From: Gammaproteobacteria bacterium
GTDB lineage: Bacteria > Pseudomonadota > Gammaproteobacteria > Steroidobacterales > Rariloculaceae
NCBI GenBank assembly: GCA_022826245.1
Contig: JAJDVG010000037.1
Coordinates: 7,470 to 71,469, forward strand
Direction of reading: 5' to 3'
DNA: 64,000 nt
In this document: positions 47,851-57,179 of the stretch, one piece after another
How the letters are laid out: the number at the start of each line of letters is the position of its first letter
Position numbering within the stretch: the first letter of the stretch is position 1
The notes under the pieces: model-generated
Seen by the model: the letters and a program-made list of their open reading frames with translations, nothing else
Databases searched by the model: none
What the model was told of the DNA's origin: nothing
Made by a program: the position numbers and the translations under genes

Positions 47851-50139
47851 TCAGATGTCGATGTGGAAACTGACGCGGAAGTTGGTTCCGGGTTGCTGCG
47901 CGTTTGCGATCGCGGACGTCGCCTCGGCGTTCATGCTGCTGATATTGATCCAGCGCGCGTAGAGTTCGTCAAAGACATTGAACACGCCGAAGCGCAGGCG
48001 TGCGGACTCGGAAAAATTGTAGTTACCGACGAGGTCAACCACGTTGTAACTGCCGGCCGTCACGTGCTCCGGTGTCGAAACGCGATCCTTCCTGCCGACC
48101 GCCGTAAGCAGTGCTTCACCGCCCCAGCGGCCCGAAGCCGCGTCGAACCTGAGACCCGCCACCAGGGTGAGCGGATCGACCGAATCGAGCGGCGTTGACG
48201 CGCTCAGGTTGTCCCCGCGAGCGTAGGCAAGCGCAGTGCGTGCCTGCCAACGATCGTTGAGAAAGAACCAGGCGTTGAACTCGGCGCCTTCGATCTCCAC
48301 CTTGCCGACGTTTCGATTCTGAAACAGGCTGATCGGCCCCCTGACTCCGGCGAACGCGTTCTCGATGAAGTTCGTGTAGCGGTTGTGGTAGGCGGCGATG
48401 CTCAGAAAAGCGTTCGGGAAACTTGCCCTCAGTCCAAGCTCCAGGCCTTCGCTGTTTTCGGCCCCGAGTTCCGGATTGGGTACCGTTGCGTACTGAAAGC
48501 CGAGGTTCACGAACGACTGGTTCGCTTCGGCGAAATTCGGCGGGCGATAGCCTTGGGCGTATTGGCCGAACACGGACCAGACATCGTTGACGTCGTAAAC
48601 CAGCCCCATGCTCAGCGAAGTCGCGCTTTCGTCGATCGACTCCACAGCGAAACCGTAGCCGCTGACTTGCCCGGTGCCATCGAGCGACGGATCCGGTATG
48701 GCGTTCATCCGGTAGCGGTCGTAACGCGCTCCCGGTATCAGGCTGAGCCCGCTCTCACCGAAGGCGATCTCGTCCTGCAGGTACAAGCCGGAGCGTTCGG
48801 TGGACGTGTCCGGAATGGTCTTGTTCGGAAACACTTCCGGCGGTGCAAACGGATACTCTGAAATCCGGCAGGTAACATCGCCGCCGGCGAGGTTCTCTTC
48901 GCAGCGATTCCGGGGCCTTTGCGTATCGGTTTCCTCGACACTCGCGCCGTAGGCCAGCGAATGGGTCACCGAGCCGGCGGCGACCGTCTTGCGCAGGTTC
49001 AGATTCAGGGCCTGCGTCTGCTGATCGAAGCCCAGGGTGGATTGCCTGAGTGCGCTCGTGCCGCGATACGTGCGGGGGTCGCGAGGATTGATGAACGAAT
49101 AGCTCGTGCGCGTCTGCTCCGTATATTGCGAGGAGTCGATCGTCTGATCGTTCAGGTCGATTTCAAGTTCGTCGAACAGGGCGAGTTCGGCGTCCCACAG
49201 GTAGCGCAGCCCGAAGCGCAGCCGTTCGGTCTCGTCGAGACCCATGGAGCCTGAAACCGTCCGGCCGATCTCGGAGTCCAGTTGCGTCGCAACTTCCTCG
49301 ACGAAACTGTCCACGCTGAATCGCAGTTGGTGGCCGGGAGACGCGTCCCAGAACAACTGCAGAAACAGGCTGTCGGAGTCGCCGTCCTGCGGATTCAAGG
49401 TGCCCGGGCCGTTCACGTCCTGTTCCGCGAACTCCCTGTGGGTGTACTGGGCCAAAAAGCCCACATCGCCGCCCTCGAACGCGGCCGTGAATCCGCCGCG
49501 ATACTGGTCGTCCGCATCGGCGGCGGACGCGCGCACGTTGAAGGCGAGCCGATCCCCTCGAAGGTAATCGCCCGGTTCCTTGCTGGTTACGATGACCGCC
49601 CCGCCGATGGCGTCGGCGCCGTAGAGAACCGACGCCGGACCGCGAATCAGTTCGACGGCCTTGATGTTGTCCGTGTCGAAATTGTCCCTGCCATAAGAAG
49701 ACGGGCCGGCGTTGTAGATGTCGTTGCTGCGAATGCCGTCGACGACCGTGAGCACGCGGTTGCCGCCGATTCCACGAATGGCGAAACCCTCGTTGCCGCC
49801 GCGGCTGGCGGTGGCCATCGATACACCCGGTTGGAAGCGGACCAGGTCGTCGAGGTCCTCGGCCAGTTCCCTTTCGATGTCCTCGGCGGTAACGAGTGAG
49901 ACGGTGCCGGCGATGTCTACGATAGTGCGCGGGAGCCGGGTTGCGTTAACGATGAGTTCTTCGATCCGGTCGTTGGCTTCCTGCGCCGCCGCGGGTCCAA
50001 CCGGAACGACGGCCGCGCTTACCGCCAACAGCGATGTCAAAGCTACCCGCAACCTGCCGTACTGAGATACCGGCGCGTCCGGTCTTGCTCCGCTCATGAC
50101 TTGCTTCATCCAGATCAGTTGGCGTACCGAACCCGTCAC
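47851..50139 (-). CDS. TonB-dependent receptor (heme/hemoglobin-transferrin-type family resemblance)
   Basis: Plug (GFAIRGIGGNRVLTVVDG), barrel, YRPPNFAE...VPNPELGAENSEG resembling the FRAP/NPNL region. The start is uncertain (50139 GTG, 50109 or 50097). Confidence 0.85.
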   Translation of the reverse strand: MTGSVRQLIWMKQVMSGARPDAPVSQYGRLRVALTSLLAVSAAVVPVGPAAAQEANDRIEELIVNATRLPRTIVDIAGTVSLVTAEDIERELAEDLDDLVRFQPGVSMATASRGGNEGFAIRGIGGNRVLTVVDGIRSNDIYNAGPSSYGRDNFDTDNIKAVELIRGPASVLYGADAIGGAVIVTSKEPGDYLRGDRLAFNVRASAADADDQYRGGFTAAFEGGDVGFLAQYTHREFAEQDVNGPGTLNPQDGDSDSLFLQLFWDASPGHQLRFSVDSFVEEVATQLDSEIGRTVSGSMGLDETERLRFGLRYLWDAELALFDELEIDLNDQTIDSSQYTEQTRTSYSFINPRDPRTYRGTSALRQSTLGFDQQTQALNLNLRKTVAAGSVTHSLAYGASVEETDTQRPRNRCEENLAGGDVTCRISEYPFAPPEVFPNKTIPDTSTERSGLYLQDEIAFGESGLSLIPGARYDRYRMNAIPDPSLDGTGQVSGYGFAVESIDESATSLSMGLVYDVNDVWSVFGQYAQGYRPPNFAEANQSFVNLGFQYATVPNPELGAENSEGLELGLRASFPNAFLSIAAYHNRYTNFIENAFAGVRGPISLFQNRNVGKVEIEGAEFNAWFFLNDRWQARTALAYARGDNLSASTPLDSVDPLTLVAGLRFDAASGRWGGEALLTAVGRKDRVSTPEHVTAGSYNVVDLVGNYNFSESARLRFGVFNVFDELYARWINISSMNAEATSAIANAQQPGTNFRVSFHIDI

Positions 50140-50444
50140 AAGCCGCCTTGTCCATATCGGAAACGCGATGTCGGGCGACCGGTTGGTCTTTCAGTCGGGG
50201 AGCGAGCATATAGGAATGATTTTTGTTTGTAAACGCGAATCGTTCGTATTTGCATTTGAAGCAATCGAGGCGGCGCAGCTTCCGGGCCCAGAGCTTGCGC
50301 GTGCGTTACGGATATCCGGGTGGAGCCGGGCGAGCGCCGCGGAGTGCAGCGCCGATGATCGGACACAGTGTCGGAGCGTACCGGCACTATCTGTCGGGGC
50401 TACCAAAGTTTGATTTACGGCACCATAAAAAATACCATTCTGGC

Positions 50445-50711
50445 ATGAACACTACCATTGACGGCGCCGGACGACTCGTCATACCGAAAAAGCTCCGCGA
50501 CCGGTTCAACCTGACCCAGGGCTGCGCGGTCGAGATCAGCGCCGGCGCGAACGGCATAACGATTCGCAAGGCCGGCCAGGAACCGGCGCTGATCCGCAAA
50601 CACGGCATCCTCGTGCACCATGGCATGGAGCGCACCGGGCTTGACATCGGCGAATTCGTCCGCGCCGAACGCAATGCCCGGCACGCCCGTTTCGGGGTGG
50701 ACGCCGGCTAA
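50445..50711 (+). CDS. vapB: AbrB/SpoVT-fold antitoxin
   Basis: MNTTIDGAGRLVIPKKLRDRFNL is the swapped-hairpin AbrB motif; lies upstream of a PIN gene. Confidence 0.75.
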   Translation: MNTTIDGAGRLVIPKKLRDRFNLTQGCAVEISAGANGITIRKAGQEPALIRKHGILVHHGMERTGLDIGEFVRAERNARHARFGVDAG

Positions 50712-50791
50712 GCCCGAATCGACCCCCGCTCGTGAACGGTTTCGTTGCAAACGCCACGCGGCGTCCCCGTCCACGGTCGATTTCCGGATAG

Positions 50792-51223
50792 ATGCGCACG
50801 CTGTTCGACACGTCCGTCATCGTGGCCGCACTGGTGGATCAACTGGGCAGTCACCGGCCGGCCTTCAACGCATTCCGGCAATTCACGGAAGGAGACCACG
50901 TCGGCTGGTGCTCGACGCACGCGCTCGCCGAGTGCTACGCGACGTTGACCGCTCTGCCTTTGGCGCAGCGCATCACGCCGGAGCAAGCCCGTCTCCTCAT
51001 CGAGGACACGGTCCTCGGCAGGCTCACCGTCATACCGCTGACTGCGGCCGACTACCGGGCGGTGCTCCGCGAAGTCGCGACCATCGGGCTCGGCAGCGGC
51101 GCCGTCTACGATGCGCTGCATGTCCGTTGCGCGCGCAAGAAGCGCGTCGACCGAATCCTGACCTACAACGTGTCGGATTTCGAGCGGTTCGACCTCGGCG
51201 AAGTGCTTCTCGCGACGCCTTGA
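50792..51223 (+). CDS. vapC: PIN-domain toxin VapC
   Basis: MRTLFDTSVIVAAL, LAECYATL, VYDALHV and YNVSDFERF acidic-residue pattern. Confidence 0.85.
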   Translation: MRTLFDTSVIVAALVDQLGSHRPAFNAFRQFTEGDHVGWCSTHALAECYATLTALPLAQRITPEQARLLIEDTVLGRLTVIPLTAADYRAVLREVATIGLGSGAVYDALHVRCARKKRVDRILTYNVSDFERFDLGEVLLATP

Positions 51224-51409
51224 CGCCTACGGATCGAACTTCGAGTCAGGGACCCGTCGCCTGCGTCATCGAGCGGGCTCAGGTCCGATCGGGACGCTTA
51301 CGTCACCTGCGGGTTCACTCGCTCGCCGATCGCTACAGGCGGGTCCAGTCGGCGTGGACCGTGCAGGCATCCGAGAACGTGTCGAGCTTCGCCTTGAGTT
51401 GGTCAAGCG

Positions 51410-52333
51410 TCACTTGCCGAGTATCCGGCGTTCAATGAGATCGGAGAATGCAGGGTTGAGCTCGATGCCCACCCACCGCCTCCGCAGACACTCGGCAGCG
51501 AGCAAAGTCGTGCCCGAGCCCGCGTACGGATCCAGAACGACGTCATCAGGAGCGCTGGTTATCGAAACACAGCGTCGCGCAAGCGTGAGAGGCATCATGG
51601 CCGGATGGTCGTCAACCTCGCCGTTTTTGCGCTTGACGGGCTCCGTGGGTATCTACCAGACGGTACGCAGCCTCCTGTTGTTGGGGCCGACAACCGCACT
51701 CGTGTCGTAGTAATAGTCCTGTTCCTTCGAGAGCAGGAACACTGTTTCGTGAGCCTTGGTGGGCCGATCCCGCACCGATTCGGGATGGGCGTTGGGTTTG
51801 TGCCAGACAACTTCGCTACGGATCCACCAGCCGGCATCCTGGAGCGCAAGTGCCAGGCGCCACGGAACGCCAATGAGGTCCTTGGGCTTCAGTCCGTCCG
51901 GCGTACGCGGTCGAACGCCCATGGCTCGCACACGGTTCTTGCGGTCCGGCGCGCGATAGCGCCTGTTGCCGGACGTATAGGAATCGCCGACGTTGAGCCA
52001 CACCGTCCCGTCTCGCCGAAGCACGCGACGCAACTCGTCGAAGGCTTCGACGATGCTGTCGATGTAGGAGCGCAAGGTGTCGTCACGCCCGATCTGATCA
52101 TCGACCTGGTAGTCCCTGAGGGACCAGTACGGCGGCGAGGTCACGACAGTTTGCACGGACTCCGTCGGCAGCAGGCTCAGCGCGCTCCGGGCATCGCCAC
52201 AGATCAACAGGGATTCCGAGATTTCAGTCAGTTGGCGGGAACTGTCCGTAAGGCGCCGGTAGGGACCTGGAGCGAACAGCGCGGGCGTCGGCAATGCGCT
52301 GTCGACGTCCGGCTTGGTGGGTGCGTCGCTCAT
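51410..52333 (-). pseudogene. Beta-class DNA methyltransferase (SPPY motif IV, N4-cytosine-like) interrupted by one in-frame TAG
   Basis: Track ORFs 51653..52333 and 51410..51598 are in the same frame. Across the TAG at 51653-51655 the translation reads ...RRLRTVW*IPTEPVKRKNGEVDDHPAMMPLTLARRC...VLDPYAGSGTT. Motif IV (TSPPYW) precedes motif I. Confidence 0.8.
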
Positions 52334-52528
52334 CCGAAGAGTGTCGTGCGCTTCGTGGTCGAATCATACTTGAACTGGACGCGCCTCGGCGAAGCGACGA
52401 AACGGCGCATATTTCACGGTTTCGCGCGCCCGAGGTGCGTAAAATCGTTCGCACTACGGACGCGATTGAAAGCCTGCGCAGCCAAGCCCGCAGTGCGATT
52501 CGCAACTTGGGGCTCTTCCGGATGGGGC

Positions 52529-52619
52529 TGGCGGAGAGGGAGGGATTCGAACCCTCGAAGGGCTATCAACCCTTACTCCCTTAGCAGGGGAGCGCTTTCA
52601 GCCACTCAGCCACCTCTCC
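52529..52619 (-). tRNA. tRNA-Ser (anticodon GCU)
   Basis: 91 nt, acceptor GGAGAGG/CCTCTCC, anticodon loop CTGCTAA, long variable arm, T-loop GGTTCGAATCC, CCA encoded. Confidence 0.9.
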
Positions 52620-52631
52620 GTTCGGTCTCGC

Positions 52632-52689
52632 GCCAACGGCACTTCGTCGGCAGCGTGATTCTAGCCGCTGCGGACGCAAATGGGGACCG
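52632..52689 (-). repeat. Upstream (promoter-like) segment of tRNA-Ser, copy A
   Basis: 49 of 58 positions identical to 53400..53457. Contains a minus-strand TAGAAT at 52658-52663 and the inverted repeat GCAGCG-N10-CGCTGC. Confidence 0.8.
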
Positions 52690-52694
52690 CGAAC

Positions 52695-53297
52695 TCATCG
52701 GCCGCACTCGGCCTCGACGCCCGCTGCAAACCGATCGACTTCACGAGCCGAGCTTAGCGTAACGAAGCGTATGTGCGCCCAGCGCGGGTCTTTCGTCGCG
52801 GCGCGCATCGACTTCCGCCAGCGGCGCTGGTTGATGAGGATCCAGTAGACGAGCGAGTCTTCCTTGCGCCAGAAAGCGAGTTGCGGCCAGAACCGTTCGA
52901 CGTTGGTGCCCCACAGCAGTTCCCTGGTGCGCGCGCGCTGCCACGAACGTCGCAGCGCCCGCCAGATGAGCTGCGGCAGCGGCAAGTCCAGCCAGATTAC
53001 CGTGTCAATGCGCGGCCAGAACGCTTGTTGCGTGAAGCGCTTGTAGTTGCCGGCGACAACCCATGCGTCGCCGTACGTCGCCTGCTCGATGCGGCGCAGC
53101 AACTCGTCCGGGTTCGTCTCATTGAGACCCACCCAATCGGGCAGCCAGTTGAGCGCGTCGAGTTCGACGAACTCCGCATCGAGCGCCTTGGCCAGTCGCC
53201 TGGCGAGCGTGCTCTTGCCGGTGTTGCTGTTTCCCATCACCTGGATGCGACGGCCGATCGGCGCTCTCGACGGACACTTGATGGACGTGGATTTCAT
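52695..53297 (-). CDS. P-loop NTPase / adenylate-kinase-like (topology modulation FlaR-like) protein
   Basis: Walker A GNSNTGKSTLARRLA; about 200 aa, a typical small kinase-fold size. Confidence 0.65.
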   Translation of the reverse strand: MKSTSIKCPSRAPIGRRIQVMGNSNTGKSTLARRLAKALDAEFVELDALNWLPDWVGLNETNPDELLRRIEQATYGDAWVVAGNYKRFTQQAFWPRIDTVIWLDLPLPQLIWRALRRSWQRARTRELLWGTNVERFWPQLAFWRKEDSLVYWILINQRRWRKSMRAATKDPRWAHIRFVTLSSAREVDRFAAGVEAECGR

Positions 53298-53387
53298 GCG
53301 CTGGAGATCGGGGCGAACCGTCGCAAGGCCATGGACCTTTATTGCATTGGCAGGAGGGGCGCTTTCGAGAACTCGGTCACGTTACCG
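53298..53387 (-). pseudogene. Decayed copy of tRNA-Ser (pseudo-tRNA)
   Basis: Aligns along its whole length with the tRNA-Ser at 52529..52619, for example GTGACCGAG/GTGGCTGAG, CGAAAGCGC/TGAAAGCGC, CCTGCCAA/CCTGCTAA and GGTTCG. The acceptor and anticodon stems no longer pair. It ends directly at the kinase ATG. Confidence 0.55.
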
Positions 53388-53399
53388 GCCGGGGTGTTT

Positions 53400-53457
53400 G
53401 CCAATAGCAACTCGCCGGCAGCGTGATTCCAGCCGCTGCGGAAACAAACGGGGACCG
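53400..53457 (-). repeat. Upstream (promoter-like) segment, copy B
   Basis: 49 of 58 positions identical to 52632..52689; TGGAAT replaces TAGAAT. Confidence 0.8.
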
Positions 53458-53474
53458 GCAGCCCCCATGTGACG

Positions 53475-53690
53475 CTATTGAGCCGTTCCGCCGACGAGCT
53501 TCGGACGTTCGGATTCCTTCTCCGCCTGTTCGCGTTTGATTCGCTCGTAGATCTCTTCGCGGTGCACCGCCACGTCGCGCGGCGCGTTGATGCCGAGACT
53601 CACCTGATTGCCCTTCACGCCGAGCACGGTCACGGTGACGTCATCGCCGATGATCACCGTCTCTCCAACCCTGCGGGTCAAGATCAGCAT
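53475..53690 (-). CDS. csrA: Carbon storage regulator CsrA
   Basis: [48 protein letters not shown]. Confidence 0.95.
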   Translation of the reverse strand: MLILTRRVGETVIIGDDVTVTVLGVKGNQVSLGINAPRDVAVHREEIYERIKREQAEKESERPKLVGGTAQ

Positions 53691-54010
53691 AGCCAAACTC
53701 CTTCTCGGTCTCCGCCGCCCGTCCCTTCTTCGCGCATCCGAGCGCGACACGCCCATAGGGGGGGTCGGGCGACCACCTTTCAGACCCGGAATCATCACAG
53801 GCATGCGCAGTCGGAACACGCCGGACTCCGGGATGTCCTTGGCAAGGCCGGCCGCTGTTTTCATTGTTATAAATCGCAGCCGGTCCCCCTGTGAAGCGCC
53901 CTTCCGAGAGCGCACTTCACTTCAGGCTATGGTAATGCTTTTCGGCACGCAGTGACCGGATTTGCGTGTTGATCGTTGCGTCGACCCGGATTCGGGCCGT
54001 GACGGAAGGT

Positions 54011-56689
54011 TCAGATCAGCGTCCGAACGAGCGCGAGTGCCTCGTCGAGCTTGTCGGGCAGCGTACCGCCGGCCTGCGCGAAGTCGGGCCGGCCGCCGCC
54101 GTTACCGCCCACGCACTCGGCAACGGGCTTGATGAGCTTGCCGGCGTGGAGCCGGTCGGTCAGGTCCTTTGTGACGCCGGCCACGAGATAGACCTTGTCC
54201 GCCTCGACGCTGCCGAGCACGACGACCCCGGAACGGAGCTTGTCCTTGAAACGGTCGGCGGCACTACGCAGTGCCTTGACGTCGGCGCCGTCAAGCCGTG
54301 CGACTAGCAGTTGCACGCCGTTGACCTCCTCGGTCTCGTCGAGCAGATCCCGGCTTCCACCGGTCGCGAGGCTGCTCTTGAGCTTCGCGACCTCGCGTTC
54401 GAGATTCCTTGCGCGCTCGATGAGCTGGACGACCTTGTCGCTGACATCGTCGCGGCTGCCCTTGACGAGTCCGGCCACTTCCCTGAGCACGGTTTCGCCG
54501 GCGTTGACCCAGGCGAGCGCTCCGCGTCCGGTCACGGCTTCGATACGGCGTTGACCCGCGGCGATGCCCGACTCCGACGTGATCTTGAAGAGCCCAATAT
54601 CGCCGGCGCGGCTGACGTGCGTGCCGCCGCAGAGTTCCGTCGAGAACTCGCCGAGGGTCAGCACTCTAACGTCGTCGCCGTACTTGTCGCCGAAGAACGC
54701 GATCGCACCGGCAGCAATCGCTTCGTCGAAGGGCAGCACGCGGGTTTCGGCCGCCGTATTCAGGCGGATCTGCTCGTTGACGAGCGCCTCGATCTCTGCG
54801 AGTTCGTCGTTGGCGACGGGCTCGTAATGCGAAAAGTCGAAGCGCAACCGGTCTGGAGCAACGAGCGAGCCCTTCTGCTGCACATGCGAGCCCAGGACCT
54901 CGCGCAGCGCGGCATGCAGGAGATGCGTAGCGGAATGGTTCAGGACGGTGGCCGCGCGGCGCTTAGCATCGACCGACGCGGTAATCTTGGCGCCGACCAC
55001 AAGCTCGCCCAAGGTAAGCGAACCGAAGTGTCCGTGTGCCGCGTCGAGCTTTCGCGTGTCGGTGACGCGAAACTCGGCCGCCGCGCCGAACAGCTCGTGG
55101 GGGGTGTCCGACAAGCGGCCAGTGTAGCCCGACATGCGTGTCATGTCGTCAGCGAAACGGCCAGGCTCGGCCAACAAACGACCTGTATCACCGACCTGCC
55201 CGCCGCTCTCGGCATAAAACGGCGTACGATCGAGCACGACGATCCCGGTATCCCCCTCCCCGAGCCGCTCGACCGGATTCGCCTCGGCATCGAAGAGCGC
55301 CACAATCTCGCCATCGGCTTCAAGGCACTCGTACCCCAAAAACTCCGTCTCTTCACTCAGCGACGGCAAATCATGCGCCAGCGCCTCAAAGCGGCTCGCC
55401 TGCCTCGACCGCGTCCGCTGCCCCTTCATCGCCCGCTCAAACCCATCGCGGTCCACGCTGAGCCCCCGCTCCCTCGCGATGTCGGCGGTCAGATCCTCAG
55501 GGAATCCATAGGTATCGTAGAGTTTGAACACCGTCTCGCCCGGCAACGCCGCCCCACTCGGCAGATCGGCAATGGCGCCCTCAAGCAGCCGCATGCCCTT
55601 GTCGAGGGTCTCCGCGAACCGCTCTTCCTCTTGCAGCAGCACGCGCTCGACGTGCTCGCGATGTTCCGTGAGTTCGGGATACGCCTGCCCCATCTCGGCA
55701 TTGAGGCTCGCCACGAGTGAATGGAAGAATGGCTCCTCGACGCCGAGCTTGTAGCCGTGCCGCAGGGCGCGGCGGATGATCCGGCGCAGCACGTAGCCGC
55801 GGCCCTCATTGCCGGGTAGAACGCCGTCGACGATCAGGAACGAGCAGGCGCGGATGTGATCGACGATGACTCTGAGAGAATTGCTGCTGAGATCCTGAGC
55901 CCCGGTCGCCGCGGCCGCCGCTCCGATGAGACTCCGGAAGAGATCCGTATCGTAGACCGAATGCACGCCCTGCATGACAGCCGAAAGCCGCTCGAGCCCC
56001 ATGCCCGTGTCGACCGACGGCTTCGGCAGCGGCACGAGTTCGCCTTCGGCATTGCGGTCGAACTGCATGAACACGAGGTTCCAGACCTCGACATAGCGGT
56101 CGCCGTCGTCGTCACCCGAGCCCGGCGGCCCGCCGGCAACGCCGTCGCCGTGGTCGTAGAATATTTCCGAACAGGGGCCGCACGGCCCCGTGTCGCCCAT
56201 CGACCAGAAGTTGTCGTCCTCGCCCAGTCGGGCGAAGCGGCGCTTGTCGAGGCCGATGTCGTCGAGCCAGATGGACGCGGCTTCGTCGTCGTCGAGATAG
56301 ACGGTGCCCCAGAGGCGCTCGGCCGGCAGACCGAGCACGTCGGTCATGAACTCCCAGGCGTAGCGGATCGCGTCGCGCTTGAAGTAGTCGCCGAAACTGA
56401 AGTTGCCGAGCATCTCGAAGAAGGTGAGATGCCGGTCCGTGTAGCCGACGTTTTCCAGGTCGTTGTGTTTGCCCCCGGCCCGCATGACGCGCTGTGCCGT
56501 CACCGCCCGCCTTGAGGCGCGCGACTCGCGACCGAGGAAAACGTCCTTGAACTGCACCATCCCGGCATTGGTAAACAGCAGGGTCGGATCGTTGGCCGGG
56601 ACGAGCGGCGAACTCGGCACGATTTCGTGATCGCGCGCGGCGAAGTATTCGAGAAAAGCCTTGCGCAGTTCGTTGCTTGAGTGATTCAT
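54011..56689 (-). CDS. alaS: Alanine--tRNA ligase
   Basis: 892 aa, full-length AlaRS ([19 protein letters not shown] editing motif). Confidence 0.97.
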   Translation of the reverse strand: MNHSSNELRKAFLEYFAARDHEIVPSSPLVPANDPTLLFTNAGMVQFKDVFLGRESRASRRAVTAQRVMRAGGKHNDLENVGYTDRHLTFFEMLGNFSFGDYFKRDAIRYAWEFMTDVLGLPAERLWGTVYLDDDEAASIWLDDIGLDKRRFARLGEDDNFWSMGDTGPCGPCSEIFYDHGDGVAGGPPGSGDDDGDRYVEVWNLVFMQFDRNAEGELVPLPKPSVDTGMGLERLSAVMQGVHSVYDTDLFRSLIGAAAAATGAQDLSSNSLRVIVDHIRACSFLIVDGVLPGNEGRGYVLRRIIRRALRHGYKLGVEEPFFHSLVASLNAEMGQAYPELTEHREHVERVLLQEEERFAETLDKGMRLLEGAIADLPSGAALPGETVFKLYDTYGFPEDLTADIARERGLSVDRDGFERAMKGQRTRSRQASRFEALAHDLPSLSEETEFLGYECLEADGEIVALFDAEANPVERLGEGDTGIVVLDRTPFYAESGGQVGDTGRLLAEPGRFADDMTRMSGYTGRLSDTPHELFGAAAEFRVTDTRKLDAAHGHFGSLTLGELVVGAKITASVDAKRRAATVLNHSATHLLHAALREVLGSHVQQKGSLVAPDRLRFDFSHYEPVANDELAEIEALVNEQIRLNTAAETRVLPFDEAIAAGAIAFFGDKYGDDVRVLTLGEFSTELCGGTHVSRAGDIGLFKITSESGIAAGQRRIEAVTGRGALAWVNAGETVLREVAGLVKGSRDDVSDKVVQLIERARNLEREVAKLKSSLATGGSRDLLDETEEVNGVQLLVARLDGADVKALRSAADRFKDKLRSGVVVLGSVEADKVYLVAGVTKDLTDRLHAGKLIKPVAECVGGNGGGRPDFAQAGGTLPDKLDEALALVRTLI

Positions 56690-56719
56690 GTCGACAACGC
56701 AATCGGAGTGTGGGGCACG

Positions 56720-57178
56720 CTAATCGGAATCGGCGCCAATATCCAGTGCCGCGTCGATCTGGCCCATGTCGAAACCGCGGTACTGCAGGAACCGCGCCTG
56801 CCTGGCGCGTTCGGCATAGTTCGCCGGGGCGCCGGCGCCGAAGCGTTTGACCCGCGCCCGCCGTGCGATCGCGTTCCAGTCGATCGTGCCGTCGTGCAGC
56901 AGGTCGTCGAAGACCCCGGAATTCACGCCGCGGCGCGTCAGTTCCGATCGAATGCGCACCGGACCCTGCCCCTTGGCGGCCCGCGTGCTCACGAAGCTCT
57001 CGGCGAAGCGCCGCGCGGACAGCGCACCGGACTCTTCGAGCTCATCGAGGATTTCGTCGATCAGGCCGCCGCTGAACGCACGCCTGGCGAGCTTGCGCTC
57101 GAGTTCGGGGCGACTGTGCTCGCGGCGCGCGAGCAGGTCAAGAGCGGTTTTTCTGCACGCGGGCCGATCCAGTGCCAT
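56720..57178 (-). CDS. recX: Recombination regulator RecX
   Basis: 152 aa helical-repeat protein starting 1 nt after the recA stop; LLARREHSRPELERKL. Confidence 0.9.
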   Translation of the reverse strand: MALDRPACRKTALDLLARREHSRPELERKLARRAFSGGLIDEILDELEESGALSARRFAESFVSTRAAKGQGPVRIRSELTRRGVNSGVFDDLLHDGTIDWNAIARRARVKRFGAGAPANYAERARQARFLQYRGFDMGQIDAALDIGADSD

Positions 57179-57179
57179 C

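Noticed and set aside
50205-50262. Possible Fur box in the AT-rich region upstream of the second TonB receptor
   Set aside because: The best 19-mer I could align (GCAAATACGAACGATTCGC) matches the Fur consensus at only about 10 of 19 positions, which is not convincing without a matrix scan.
51333-51413. 26-codon ORF (VTLDQLKAKLDTFSDACTVHADWTRL) overlapping the methyltransferase stop by GTGA
   Set aside because: It is too short and has no recognisable family. It could be a remnant of a lost downstream gene, possibly an endonuclease, but this cannot be supported from sequence alone.
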